The notes: a model not told the origin generated them from the sequence alone. A DNA stretch of 63,032 bases, filler included, from Rhabdomonas costata (GCA_019059605.1; 38 parts of 38 records of this genome joined end to end with filler, not necessarily neighbours in it), one strand, 5' to 3'. Shown: positions 1-13,399, numbered from the whole stretch's first letter. Made by a program: numbers and translations.

Positions 1-67
1 GGGGGGTGGTTTTTCTCTTTCTTCTCCCAGTTTTTTTTTACTGCATCTTCTTTGCTTTATACTTTCG

Positions 68-298
68 ATGCCCGCAAGAGCTCGTAAGTGTTGTTCGGAG
101 AGTTGCCCCGTTTGCATGGCAAGAGGGAAGCTTCTCCCATGCCCGAAGTGTCACTCTGTTGCCTATTGCAGTGCCATTCACATGAAGCTACACCTTCCTC
201 AGCACCTTCCTGAATGTGATCGCGTCGTGAAGTATGCCGCGCTTTATCCAGCTCGTTTGTCAGGACGGCTCTGGACTGCGACCGAAAACGCTCTGTAA
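68..298 (+). CDS. Small MYND-type zinc finger protein (or MYND-encoding exon)
   Basis: CPVC...CPKC.SVAYCS..H...H...H..EC matches MYND spacing (CxxC...CxxC...YCS...H...C); a pyrimidine-rich tract lies upstream. Confidence 0.65.
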   Translation: MPARARKCCSESCPVCMARGKLLPCPKCHSVAYCSAIHMKLHLPQHLPECDRVVKYAALYPARLSGRLWTATENAL

Positions 299-1561
299 AA
301 ATGGAATTTGAATGGAGTGAAATGACCTTAAATGGCTTTTAGAGAATTCAGGAAACCGCCTTAGGCGCCCCCACCCCCACTCCATGCTCCTCGCCCGATA
401 TAGGTTCCTAATTTTGAACTTGGGTAAGGGTTACTTTGGAAAAAAGTTTGCAAACACACACTGAAAAATGCAAATTTAAGAATCTTTGGAAGCCAGAAGA
501 TAACATGGGTTTATTACTTTAGAAACATGTTATGTGTGTGGGAGCACTCCAGCCGATCAGAGCGGCTGCGGGGCATAGTTGTCAGAAAAATAATTGCCAG
601 TGAATCAAATTTTCGGGCAAAATGAATGCAAATCAGATATCCCTGCATAGAAAGAGCACCGTGGGATTTGCGATTGCCCCCCGTTTTTGTCCAGGGTGCC
701 TGGCTTGGCATAAATTCACAGTCTGTCGCATGCCTTCTGTCGCAGGCTTTTGCGGGAAGCGCGTGCTCGCCCCGCAACCTCGATGGAGCTACCGCATGCC
801 TTGGAGGCGTCGTTTGCTTCTGCTCCGGGGCAAAAGAGAGGTGATTCGGCAGCTTCACCAGTCTTTGCGGCGACTGCAGGCCCTCAACCATCCCTTGTCC
901 CCTCCACAACCTTGCCTCGGCTCCCTGGACGAGGGAACGCAACCACTGCAGGGCATGTACCTGTTTTTTCCGTCACCACAGTAGACACGTCTGGTTTGAA
1001 AAGGGTTAGATGGGAAGGCTTCGATACCGTAAAGGTACCTCAAGGTAACTGAAAGAAAATATGAACCTTTGCGCTTCCTTTTTACCCTGGGTGCGCTCCT
1101 TGGTTAGGTTCGAGGTGTTGTTAGCTTTGACTTTACGCTAGCTTTGTTCCAAACTGCTTCAAGCTGAAGCAGTTTGGTGAGTTACGGACGCTTCGGCACT
1201 GCCGCAGGGATGTCCTGCGTTTCCTTCCAGGGGTTCTCCTTGTCTTTGCCCATACAAACATTTCATCCATGGCTTTTCCCACAGGGAGACGGGTGACTCC
1301 GCCGATGCTACTCGCTCGGCAGAGATTGGCAGGGCGGCCTGGAAGGTGTGGCGAATGCGGGCATGTCTTGCACTCCATCATCTGGGTGTTGACTTATTGC
1401 CCCATCCTTCCTGCTTTGCACCCTGGTGTTTCTTTTTGGTTTCACTGTCCCTGCTAAGAATACATGTGCCGTGTTTCTCGAATAGCTTATAGCTTGGGTT
1501 CACTCTCTGCGGTTATGACCAATATATTTTTGCCCAAAAAGCCCTGTCAAAATCTTTTGCT

Positions 1562-1661
1562 NNNNNNNNNNNNNNNNNNNNNNNNNNNNNNNNNNNNNNN
1601 NNNNNTTAATTAATTAANNNNNNNNNNNNNNNNNNNNNNNNNNNNNNNNNNNNNNNNNNNN
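1562..1661. other. Artificial contig-joining spacer (N-run + TTAATTAATTAA + N-run); first of 37 such spacers, spaced about every 1661 bp up to 61375-61474
   Basis: The same 100-nt structure with an all-frame stop linker recurs between contigs of near-identical length (~1560 bp). Confidence 0.99.
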
Positions 1662-1979
1662 GTGTGGGTGTTGTCAGCTTGTGCCTGCTGTTTTTTTCTT
1701 GGTCAAAATTGCTCCTAGGATGCAGCAGCAAAATGCCGAGCTGTTGTGTCGCATAAGATGAAATGGGGCGTTGGTTATTCAGAGCATTCAGATGCTGGGT
1801 GGGGTTTTAAACCAAAATGAAGTTCTTCCTTAAGCGGGATCGCCGTTATTCCATTTGCTTCCGTTCCACTCCATTTGATTTCGTTTGACCCGGTTTGTCT
1901 TTTTTGAACTGCAACGCGCGCTGTCTAAGATTTACGTGTGGGATTCCATGCGTGGGTGTGGGTGTGGGTGTGGGTGCAG

Positions 1980-2147
1980 GACGCGGCGGCAGAGCGGAAG
2001 CACCCGTGCCACCGGATCTTTGGACGGTGCGACTTCGGTGACAACTGCGACTACGCAAGCTACCCCTACGAGGCCTGCCTGATGTTCCTCAAGGGCACCT
2101 GCCGCCGCGGCGACGCCTGCCAGGACCTTCACGTACCCTTCGTATGA
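1980..2147 (+). CDS. Terminal exon of a CCCH zinc finger protein
   Basis: After a gtgcag acceptor: CHRIFGRCDFGDNCDY and CLMFLKGTCRRGDACQDLH (C-x7-C-x5-C-x3-H), then TGA; GC3-rich codons. Confidence 0.75.
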   Translation, partial: DAAAERKHPCHRIFGRCDFGDNCDYASYPYEACLMFLKGTCRRGDACQDLHVPFV

Positions 2148-2865
2148 GCCCCCGGCTGACCCCCCTCGCACCTCCTACTCCTCCTTGACCACCTGCTTAG
2201 CTAATATTAGAGGGCATGCGGGTGGCATGGACATTTCTACGGATCCGTGTGGATCTCGCGCCGCTTCACCTTCTCCTCAGCCGTACGCTTCAATGGAAGG
2301 CCTTGCTGCCTTGCTGTGGTCTTGCTGGTGCTGGTAGTTATGATGGCGTCGGTGGCGCCGTCAGGCTTCACTTTCTAGCCTTTGAGGTACATAAGACCTT
2401 TTTGCTCCCACTCTGTATGGGAGCAAAGAGGGTGCAAACTAGCCTGCACACGGATTGACCCACTGTTTTCATGATTGCCCCCGCAGTCCCGTCGCGTGGC
2501 GGACCGGGAGAGGTTCCTGCGCGCCCGGCGCAAGCAGAACCTTTCCGCGGACGAGGACGAGAACATCACCACTCTCACCGGACACACCGGTGTGTGGATG
2601 TGGGAGTAATGCCACCCCCACGTAATGCCTCCTCACTTGACTTCTTGGATTAGATGTCCCCTCACTGTGTCATACAAAACGTCTCTGGCCTTTTCTTCCT
2701 TGCGTATTAAATTCAAATTTGGGGGCTTAATACCGTCGTGCAAGAATAATTTAATCTTCATAACTTCTTCGTAAATGACAGAAGCCCTCGCCATCCTATT
2801 GTTGTTTTTGTACCGTCTAAGATGGCTTTCACCACATGTTATTAAATGGGTTATTATTTGCCGGT

Positions 2866-3218
2866 TGTTTTGCCGTGAGCTCAAGTATTCCTTGTGGTCA
2901 TTGGTCCTGGGCCATGCACGTATGCGTTTTGGACGGGTTGGGAGCTGGGTGCTGAGTGATGTGAGGCTGGAGGGTAAAACTTGCCGAATCTCACAAGGCA
3001 GGACTCCACTGTGTGTGTATTGTGTGTGTGTATGAGAACGCCCACGAGCACTTGCTCATTGTTTGACGGTTTGCTGCTCTGCAGTGGGGGACGAGGGCAT
3101 GCCTCCTGGCCGATACCGAGGGTGTGTACCCCCCCCCCCCATCCTCCCCGTCCAAAACGCATACGTGCATGGCCCAGGACCAATGACCACAAGGAATACT
3201 TGAGCTCACGGCAAAACA
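2866..3218. repeat. 72-bp perfect inverted repeat (2866-2937 / 3147-3218) ending at the contig end
   Basis: Direct reverse-complement match of the two arms. Confidence 0.95.
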
Positions 3219-5163
3219 CCACCNNNNNNNNNNNNNNNNNNNNNNNNNNNNNNNNNNNNNNNNNNNNTTAATTAATTAANNNNNNNNNNNNNNNNNNNNN
3301 NNNNNNNNNNNNNNNNNNNNNNNCAGGAAGGGGGTGGGGGTGTAGTTGTTGTGTTTTGTCGATATTTCTTTTTAAAACAAGACACGAAATACAGTGAGCC
3401 GTACAAAGGTAAACGGAAACTCGGCAAAGGCGACGGGGAAAATGGGAGGCAGCAAAGCAGGTGGGAAAAAACTAACGGGAGTGCAGGTCGAGAGAGACCT
3501 TAATCTAAGACCACCTCGAACACGAACAAGACACCAAACTAAACTATTCTAGACCCGGGGGGGAGGGGCAGCCGCGTCACTCCTCACTGAGAAGGTAGAC
3601 GAGTTCTGCGGTTTGAGGCCCTTTCCGGCAGGAGAGAAAGTGAAAGGCCGGAACCGCAACCACCGCAAAAAAAGAAAAGGGATGAGCTCGGGGCAAAGTC
3701 TTTCGCGAACCACCGAGACCTCCACTCCCCGAGGGCAGCGTACAGGGGTTTGAAAAAGAAAATAAGAAAATATCTGAACGGGAAACTCACCCCTCCAGAA
3801 GAGGTCGGAAGAAACAGAACCTCTTCTCGGTGTCCTGCACACTCTGATGAAGAGTGGCGAACCGCACCACCTCCCGCTCGACCACCTTGTTGGTCGAGCT
3901 CCGCACCCCGTCACAGGAGAGGAACTTGTCTGTGGGGCGAAAGGGGGGGGGGGCAAATGCTCACAAGCCCAATGGTTACCTGAGAAAATAAGGCGACGAA
4001 ACATAACGTTCCTAGAGGTGAAAATAGTCGGTCCCATTCGTTTTGTGAACAATAAATACACGTTCATAAGAAATTCCGTGATTTTGTCTGAGACTCTATC
4101 CCGCTCTACTTTGCCGAGCACCTCATCGAATAGACAAACACCAAGAACTTATTCCAGACACATCATCCCCATGTGTACTTCTTCGTTTTGCGTGTAAAGT
4201 TGGTCTTGCTCCAACAATTTCGGAATTTACGATTGAATTAATGCATGCATGGATGGCAGCACCCTGAGCAACTCCTCTTAATTTGGGTTCAAAATTGAGC
4301 GGCAGAAATTATCGCACAGAAATCAATCACGCAGGAGAACTGGGGGCTACCCAGCTTGCGCTCAGCATCTTGGGCAGCCTGAGCTTGCATCGCGGTCTGC
4401 TTCCTCTCCCACGTTTCCTGAGAGCGCAGAGACCGCAATGGAACTCCTTTTTTTTTTACCGCAATCTCCGCATTAGCATTAGTTAGAAGAAGCAGCTGTT
4501 GGCCAGATTCGCCACCTCATGTGAAGGTTCACCGAAATCGAGGACGGAAGACGACATGTGGGATAAGGGTGGCCAAAAGGCCTCTGATAATCAAAAAGGA
4601 TGCGGAATCTCAGACTTTTCGGCACAGACCGATGACAACCGTTGGCCAGAGGACGACGAGGCCACCAATATCAACGGCAACATCACCAAGATGCGCGCAG
4701 CTTCACACGAGGCACAGTCCAAGAATAAGGAAAGAAAAGATTTCACGCCCCTTGGGCGCTTGGCGGGCAGAAGGGCTCAAAATAACTCCAGTGTTGCGGA
4801 ACCTGCCCAATGTCTTTGCAACCGTCGCCCCGAACCCGCCTTTTCGACCCACTGCAAAACCGAATCCCCCCCCCCACCCCCCATTNNNNNNNNNNNNNNN
4901 NNNNNNNNNNNNNNNNNNNNNNNNNNNNNTTAATTAATTAANNNNNNNNNNNNNNNNNNNNNNNNNNNNNNNNNNNNNNNNNNNNAAAATGGCAGGTTCA
5001 GTGTCCAGAGACCGACAAAACACCCAAGAACAGTGGATCGTGATATGAGTAACAAAATGGAGGGAATGGAAGTGCAGAAGAAGAATTGAAGGCAAACTGA
5101 GCCTCCTCTAACGGGCCAACAGAATTTGCAAGGTACTCCATTTTCCTTCATTTTCATGCGGAC

Positions 5164-6457
5164 CTGAGGGTTGAAGAACCCGGTAAGCCAGTACTTCACC
5201 GGGCGATCATGAAGCACCCAGTCGTTGAGCTGCTCGTGCCTCTTGATCACATCAGAGAACCACAGCCCCATGTTGGGCGAGGGCCACGATACCTGTGCGT
5301 TGGTGCATAATTGAAGCGAGACAAGATGGCTCATCGGTATTGTAACTATTGAATACACCCACAGACTCATACCCAGCAAGCGCGCCAGGATAACATTAGA
5401 CAAGGAAGGTGTGGGAGGTAAACTCACGAACCTTGACCCACCGCGGGGGGACTCGAGAGTCGTACAGCGAGTCCAGGGCCTCTTGCAGCTCCTGCGACAT
5501 GATGATGATCCCCGCAATCGCGAGCTTCAGGTCCTGCAGCGTCTTGCGGACCAGCACAATCACAACCTGTGAGTGACAACCAACCACACCAACAGCGCCA
5601 GACACGCAGTGCAAGAGGTAATCGTCCGCCTCCCCCCCAGCGCTGTGCTCACTAATCAAGTACATCTGTACGTGAAAGTTTTCCGTCTTTTAAAAAACTC
5701 GAAAAATCACATACCTGTCTCGGGAAAGGGGGGGAGGAGGAGAATATAGGAACCTGCAGGCGGTCCACCTCCTGTGCGCAGAAGATGTTCAGGGGCAGGC
5801 CCTTGCCGATCTTCACCATGCATTCCTTCACGGTGTCCTTGACCCAGGAGGGGGGAAGCTTCTTCAGAAGGTCATCCGATGTCGCAACCACCTGGTCCTC
5901 ACGGGTAACTCCACCCCCACCTGCACGGCGTTTGGATGCGGGGTAAAGCGAGACCACATAGAGACAACTACGGCCAGTGAAACAAGGACCTCCGCCACGA
6001 GGAAAAGAAGGCAGGTGGCAGTCTCGCGGCTGATAATTCTGTCTGGAGGCGCTGTTGTGGTTTCATGGCTTATATGCAATTGTGTTGGTTACCTCGGAAT
6101 TCTCCTCGGAATTCTCCTCGGGATTCTCCACGGGGTGTCCCTTCCCTCACCATTTCCCGAATCAATATTCAGTGGTCTCGCCAAAAAAATCCCACCATAA
6201 AAACTTGATATGCCAGGATTCTGTGCAACTGCCGTGCGTGTTGTGTGTGTGGGGGACCACCCTGCGCCATATCGTCAGAAGTACATTCGATAATTTGGGG
6301 AAGGAGTGCTTCCCACAGAGGGAGATAGAGAGCCAGCTTCACCTGAGGACTGCCGAGGCTGGATGTCCAGGATTGTGCTGAGAACCTTGGTGGCTGTGCG
6401 GAGGCGGTATGTGATATCTGCGTTGGCGTTCAGGCCGAACACCTCCGGATGATCCAC
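5164..6457 (-). CDS. Axonemal dynein heavy chain, C-terminal region (outer-arm gamma/DNAH5-like); 4 exons: 6343-6457, 5754-5920, 5432-5566, 5164-5292
   Basis: Spliced peptide has [51 protein letters not shown] and [10 protein letters not shown]; all introns are GT-AG and in phase. Confidence 0.93.
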
Positions 6458-6940
6458 CTGGGAGGGAAGTGCGAGTGGTGAGGCGGACATGGGATGCACA
6501 TCACCACGACGCCTGTGAACCACCTGTCACCAATGAACGTGTACCAANNNNNNNNNNNNNNNNNNNNNNNNNNNNNNNNNNNNNNNNNNNNTTAATTAAT
6601 TAANNNNNNNNNNNNNNNNNNNNNNNNNNNNNNNNNNNNNNNNNNNNTTTTTTTTGGAACACGATTATATGGAAACTGCTCCCGGATCCGAAAGACTTTT
6701 ACTCGTTAGCTATGATAATCATTTGTGACCATTTTCCATATAATCGTGTTCCAGAAAAAAATCAGAATTGATGTGATTACTACGCCCTCTCACTCCGAGA
6801 CCTCGATCCTCACTTCGGGTCATCTACAGATCCTCAACCCCATCCCCTACTCCCAGCCAAGACTATGTCCTCTGCCGTCCCAGATTTCTAGAAGTCTTCT
6901 ATTACTTTGGGGGTTTGGTCTCGCCTCTCTGTTGGAACAG

Positions 6941-8006
6941 GTCAAGAGGACCCAGGAGGCTACTGCAAGCTCTATCAAGCCCAGGTCGATTGATTCCATG
7001 AGGTGAGTTCTGCTGTGCCCAGTTTTTGTTTCTCGCGATGCACGAGCGCAGTGGCATTTACGGTTTTGCCTGCGAATCAATGGAGATTGGGGGGGGGGTA
7101 CATATGAGTGGGAAGGACGTTGTATGCAACTTTGTTTCAGAAGTGAGCCACGCACCGGCCGATGGTGTCCCTTTCGGCCTTTTTATTTCATCAGCTCAGC
7201 AGAGGAGCACAAGAAGTGGCAGGCTCAGCAGCTGGCCTATCTGAAGCAGGAGTATGAAGCCCAGCTCAAGGAAGAGACCACCAAGACTCAGGCCAGGCAT
7301 GCCCATGGGATCTGACGAACCTTTCCGTTGCCTGCCCTCGTTGTGTTTGAGAAGCTGGACCGCACATTGCAAGTGTAATTGCCTTTTACTGGTCTTCGAG
7401 CACCGCAGCTTCTCCCTGGATCTGGGATTGCGGTGTCCTTCGTTTGTTTTTTTGTGATGGCCTTTCCGGAGTTTCGAAGATTGAAAATCAGATGGGATGG
7501 CACTGAGCTTTCCAGAATTTAATCCATGTTGCTGAATGACGATGTGGCAGGAACCGTCACAGCATTCCGGGAGCACTGTTCAGGAGGACTTTGTGCCCCC
7601 ACCCCCAAGGATAATAATTCCGCTGAAAATCGACCGACAGTGAGGATGTTTAAGAAGTGATCGCCAACGGCATGCATAATGAAGCGTGCGATAAACCTGC
7701 CGGCTTACCGTCATCTCAACTGATTCAGAGTTTCATTGTTCCATTCGGATTGTGTTGCCCTTGAACAGCATTGAGGCGCTGACCGAGAAGTGGGCTCGAT
7801 TGGGCCGCGAGAAGGATCATGCCGCTGCGCGACAGATCCGAGAGACCTTGCTACGGCACGGCGCCGGTGGGGCAGCAGGTGAGGAGGAGGCCGTGGCAAG
7901 CGCACAGCAAGCCGTCGCTGCGGAGCATGACCTGCGGCTACGGTGCTCGCAGCTGGAGCACGCGTACCAGGAGAGCTTGGCGCAGATCGCGAAGCTTACG
8001 GAGTTG
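6941..8006 (+). CDS. Coiled-coil protein fragment; exons 6941-7002, 7195-7296, 7769-8006
   Basis: In-phase exons rich in E/Q/A/L heptads; the second intron needs a GC donor. Confidence 0.65.
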
Positions 8007-8644
8007 GTATCCAACCCTCATTCACCTACTCAGTCAGTCGTGGCACAACCAACCACCGTGGCACCGCAGCCTTGGGGAGAGGGGGGTGCGGGGCATTGTC
8101 ACCGATTGTCAACGAGCGTTTGGCGTTTGTGATGCTGTGAGAGATGAAAGCCTACCACGGATCACTGCACGGCATTGGACCATTCTTTTTCTTGGACCAC
8201 ACCCACACCNNNNNNNNNNNNNNNNNNNNNNNNNNNNNNNNNNNNNNNNNNNNTTAATTAATTAANNNNNNNNNNNNNNNNNNNNNNNNNNNNNNNNNNN
8301 NNNNNNNNNGCTTTTCTTCTTCTTTCTTCCTTCGCTTGCATGCTTTGCAGTCTTCAGACATTAACGAAGCAGAAGAGGGTGAATCGCACATACGGAGCAG
8401 TGGGAAAGGAAAGTGAAGGGCAAAGGGAAGAGAAGCATTTGTTTTCCGCGCGTCTTGAAGGTGACAACTGTTGCATAAAAATTCGGCTGGAAGACATCTT
8501 CAGACATCTTCAGACATTGGTATCTTGGCCTTCGTCGACTGATAGATTACCCGAGAGCATGCCGGATTCGCACACCCAAATGAAGACGGCAATTCCCCCC
8601 AGAACCCCCACCCCACGTGTCCCCGTGGGGTATGAACGGTACCA

Positions 8645-9536
8645 CTGGTCGCCTTTGCTTGCTCCTTGTGTTTCTGCTCTTCAGGGTAGGCCTCGTCAAT
8701 GCGGTGGCCCATGTTGTACTCCACCTCCACTGTGCGGCCGTTCTCTGTCAGGCGGCCGGTTCCATGGCGCAGGCCATCCAGCCAGTGCCCCTCGTACTGG
8801 CTGGACTTGTCAAAGGAGACCCACGTGCCGTACCCGCAGATCTTCCCAGCCTTCCACTCCCCTTTGTAAATATCCCCGCGGGCGTAGTAAAAGGTCCCCT
8901 CGCCCTCCATGGCGTCGTCCACCCAGTTCCCTTCGTAGCGATTGCCACTGGCAAACCGCGCCTCCCCAAAGCCGTGCTTGTGGTCCTTGCACCATTCTCC
9001 TGAGCGGAAATGCAGAAATGCGCGCAAGTGTGAATGCGAAAAAAGAGCGTGTGGAAAGACAGTCGAGACAAATACCAGCTATATGGTGGGAGAGAAAATT
9101 ACGTTAGCGTTTCTGAAAAAGGCACCAAATTGTGCTGGCAATGTCAGGTTAACCGGTGGTGGTGGTGGTGGGTTCTGACAACCTGGAAGTGGTTCCATGT
9201 AGGTAATAGGTGCGTGAACGCAGGCTTTTGCTTGTTCCTTGTGTGTTTCTTTGATGCGACAAGACATGTGAACATTGAAAACAACTAGACGTTGAAAAGA
9301 GTGTTCCAGACTTTTTAACAGGAAAGAATTTATATTAACTTTGGTTAATTCTCGCCATCAGATGTCCTTCAAACGCAAAATCTGACTTAAAGAAAGGGAT
9401 TGGCTCACAGGCAAAGCCCTGGGACCTGTGTAGGTGGTGCCGTCGACAAAGGTGATGGTGCCCTTGCCATGCTTGAAGTCGTTGTCCCAGTTGCCTTCGT
9501 AGCGATTTCCAGAGACAAACTCAGCGACACCGTATC
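8645..9536 (-). CDS. MORN-repeat protein; exons 9426-9536 and ~8645-8999 (3' boundary uncertain)
   Basis: Repeated YEGNW...HGKG, YKGEWKAGKICGYG and YEGHWLDGLRHGTG MORN motifs; GT-AG intron. Confidence 0.9.
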
Positions 9537-9606
9537 CTGGACAATTGGACAGAAGAAGCACAGGCAAATATCAACAAAACCATGTTGCCGTTCACAAGGT
9601 GCCGGA

Positions 9607-9869
9607 GGTTCATCGTAAAGGCATTTACAATCAATCAATATCGATAATAGACCAACGGTCAGAGGCATTTTTTTCGAATGAATGCCCAACACCCTGTTGT
9701 GTTAAACCGTCGGACGCTAGGGTGTCAAACGGTTTAACGATGTTAAAACTAGACTAAAATTTTTTATTGGGGTGTATTTCTGGTGGTGTTTCGGAGGACG
9801 AACTTCGGTGACTTTGACCGTTGGTCTATTATCGATATTGATTGATTGTAAATGCCTTTACGATGAACC
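9607..9869. repeat. 55-bp perfect inverted repeat (9607-9661 / 9815-9869) with an internal hairpin (9701-9738); MITE-like or fold-back chimera
   Basis: Direct reverse-complement match; lies in a MORN gene intron at the contig end. Confidence 0.9.
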
Positions 9870-12099
9870 CCNNNNNNNNNNNNNNNNNNNNNNNNNNNNN
9901 NNNNNNNNNNNNNNNTTAATTAATTAANNNNNNNNNNNNNNNNNNNNNNNNNNNNNNNNNNNNNNNNNNNNGGGGGTGGGGGGTCCTTTATGGTCAAATG
10001 GTTAGATTGGAATTGTATGACGACTTTCCCAGAAAGCTAATCCGCACACTGAGATGACCTTGGAATACAGTGTGGAGGGGGAATAGGGCTTTGCGGGATA
10101 GGGAGTCACGTGTCGGTTGCAGAGCACTGGGACCAACGCGACTGCGGCACTGCGTGGGGAGGACGGGAAAGAAGCCAGACCAGTTATGAGTATTGGCACG
10201 GGAACAGGTGGGGGTGGGACCACATCAGTGATTTCTGCCACTGCAACAAAGGATAGTCACATCAAATACGGCTCGACTTTCCGGAAATCTGCCAAATTTC
10301 AACCAGAATGCGTTCATATGGGACAATCCTACAGAAGAGGGGATTCATGTGTCGCTTCAATTGAAAGAGCCAGTGAGTACATGTACCAAGACACAAAAGG
10401 CAAGAAGCAAAGCCCGCATTTCGCACATGTTAGCGCCTTCGGCGTGCTTTGGGAGCAGTGCTGAACCATCTGCGTTTTACTCTTATGCTTCTGAACAGCA
10501 GCCAGCGAAGGAAGCAGAACGGAACGAGAGTCGACCCCAAAAGAGCCGTGGCATCAGCACTAGCCATCCGATGAGCATTAGGCCCCCACCTCAGGGTGCG
10601 CGGCAGCTCCCGAATGGTAATGCCGCAGCACTCCCATTGCAACGAGAATCAGAATTCCGATGCAGAGGCGGTACCGGTGCAGCACCAGCGACCACAGAAG
10701 GGTTAGCGTCTCAGGGTGATGCAAGTCGTAGGATCCGAGCACTCCGTTGCTGAAAAGCACCACAAGATGCTCCGCCGGGCCTTGCCGGACAAACAGAGCA
10801 CTCAGCGCAGTCACTCCGGCACCCCAATCTGTAAGCAGGCACACAAGGCGAGCGCGCGCGCGCACACACACACACACAAACGCACATACACAAAATAACA
10901 GGGGATATCGGCAATGGCAGAATTTCTGGCATTTCCCAAAGAGCCCAAAGACACCTCAGGCGCTTACATCTCAAAAAGTGGTCTTCGGATATCGGGATTA
11001 GGGTTGCATAGCGTAGTGTTGCAAAAATCAGGTCTAACCTGTGTGCATGCACACAAACCTCATCCAGAGAATGATTGTTGAAACGAAAGAAGCAAGCACC
11101 AGAGGAAAGGTAGTTACATTGCCCACTCTGACAAGATACCCACCCAAACCTTCTCCAGATGTGAATACAAAGACGGGTCATGAGGCTTGAGGGAATCGGG
11201 TATACCAGAAGGAGGGGTAACCTGCAGCTCAATGGCCCATCCTGAAGAGGACCTGGAGAGCCAGCTACCAAAGATGCCCATCACTGCATTGCATAACCAC
11301 TGTGAAAAAAAAAGCAGAAAAGCGGAACAAAGAGGCACACCCCTTGACTTGTGTACTCTCATGCTCGTAACTCCAGCAACACAACAACACAAGAGCGGAA
11401 AAGCGTGATGGGTGGAACACCCCGATGTCAAAGTAGGGCCAGGGCCTGGCTTCCAAGCTGGCCTGGGCTTCCGCGGCGATTCTGATGTCCGGAAGCACCT
11501 TGAAAAGCACGTACACCTGAGACCTAAGAGAGANNNNNNNNNNNNNNNNNNNNNNNNNNNNNNNNNNNNNNNNNNNNTTAATTAATTAANNNNNNNNNNN
11601 NNNNNNNNNNNNNNNNNNNNNNNNNNNNNNNNNTGTTTTGTTGTTGTGCATGTCCATGTTCTGCCCACAAAATGCCTGTTTGCACTGTGGTGGCCTGTGC
11701 GGTGTTTTGGCCGTTGATCTTCGCCATTTTAGGAGAGAAAATGGCGGAATGGGGGCTCATTCACTCATCAGCACTTTCGAGACTCACTGGAGCACTGTGG
11801 GTGTGGTTGTGTACTGCTTCAGACGTACCTAAATGGCTTCGGATGAACCTAAATGGACCTGTAAGTCATACCCTCTGGGTCCATCTTGATTCTTGATTCC
11901 AACCGCCGCAGACCTCCTGAGCAAAAATCCCTACACCGCGAGAAATGAAAGGTAAAAAGAAAAAATGATTGAGAACAAGTCGTTTTTGGTTGGGTGCCCT
12001 TGTTTGACAACTGCCCAACTTTTGCTGCACTTTTTCTGCTGCTTTTCTTGTATTCTGTCGGATTCTGTTTTCTTTCCAGACTGGCCTGATTGTCTGTTA

Positions 12100-12600
12100 C
12101 GAGGATTTTTCTGTTTTTTCAATGCAGTCTAGTGTTGTTTGGCGCATTGTGAGTGGTGTGGCTGTTGAGAAACCCCGCCGCTTGGGCCTGACAATTGTTG
12201 TCCCCCCTCCAAGCTGTGAATGCTGGAGATGCTGGAGGTACCTTTTTCTGCTTCCTTCATCAATGCTGTGTGCTTGTCTATCTGTCTTGTTTGTCATGGC
12301 ATGGCATATCAAATAAAGGCTGTTTTTAGCAAATCTCCTGCGGTGGACGTGTCTCTTCAAGGGATCCTGAGACTGCCGTGTGAAGTCCGCTGTTTCTGTC
12401 GAGGCAGCAACGCAAGTGATGGTTTGCCCAGTTTTCTTCTGTTTTTGTGTATGGTGAGACAAAAGGTTTAGAGGGGGGAACGTAGATGTTTAAACAGGGG
12501 TACGGAGAGTCTGCGATGCACAGTCTGTTTGCACTTGTCCGGTAACGTACGCACTTTTACGTTAACGTTTGATCGTTAGGAACTTGAGGGGTTCCTGAGA
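12100..12600 (-). pseudogene. Possible decayed APE endonuclease of a non-LTR retrotransposon
   Basis: Fragmented motifs in the expected order on the minus strand (LKFLTI.., LNIYVPP, AGD, LDCI), with frameshifts. Confidence 0.3.
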
Positions 12601-13399
12601 GGTTCCTCGAACGTAGTTGCGGGCTCTTCCGGCTGTCTTCTGTGGGTGTGTGGGTGTTGAGCTCTGATGCCCAGGCTGTCTCGACAGCCTTGCGCGCTTC
12701 CGAGCTGCAATGTACCTCGATTCTGATGGCGATGGTTTGACAAGAACGGTGCCAGCCTGTCATCAGATGTTCACGTCCCGAGTCCGTTTATTTCGAGATT
12801 GTCACGGGATGTCGGCTCCCATGCGGGGTTGCGTTTGCACTTTTGAGTTTGGGGGCACGCTGGCGGTTGCCTGAATGCCTGTTGGTGATCGCTGTAGAAG
12901 ACGGAAGCGCTTGCTGGTGCACGCCGGAGGTGTACCTTCGCACCGCACGGTGCCGTGTTTGCATATATTTGTCGCCCCCGGATGACTGTCACCAGGGGAT
13001 GGTCATTTTTTTTGGAATCAGTAACCCTTGAGCCCGCTCACCCACCGATCACAAATTTGGAGGCCATGTTGAAGGCCATGTGGCTACTCGACTGATTCCG
13101 TCATTCCATCAGTTCAAAGACAAGGGATTATCAAATGGTGCAGACATCAGCTCCACAACAGCCTCCACGCCATGCGCTTAAAACACACACACACANNNNN
13201 NNNNNNNNNNNNNNNNNNNNNNNNNNNNNNNNNNNNNNNTTAATTAATTAANNNNNNNNNNNNNNNNNNNNNNNNNNNNNNNNNNNNNNNNNNNNGTTGG
13301 GGTGGCCATAGATTTGAACGCCCACAAAACGTAATTAGTTGCACGGAATTATTGGCGAAATTGCAGTTGAAGTAGCAGTCGATTTATTTGGCACATTTT

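Noticed and set aside
3844-3865. CTGATGA cores here and at ~11765, ~20972 and ~60608 as possible hammerhead ribozymes
   Set aside because: None is followed by a stem II and GAAA with compatible flanking helices.
6093-6129. 12-bp tandem repeat (CTCGGAATTCTC) x3 in a dynein intron, and other microsatellites
   Set aside because: Ordinary slippage repeats with no unique spacers; not CRISPR-like.
8340-9107. Long plus-strand ORF (255 aa) and similar long ORFs at 55018-55680 and 29922-30650
   Set aside because: Antisense shadows of GC-rich exons or chance ORFs with no recognisable motifs.
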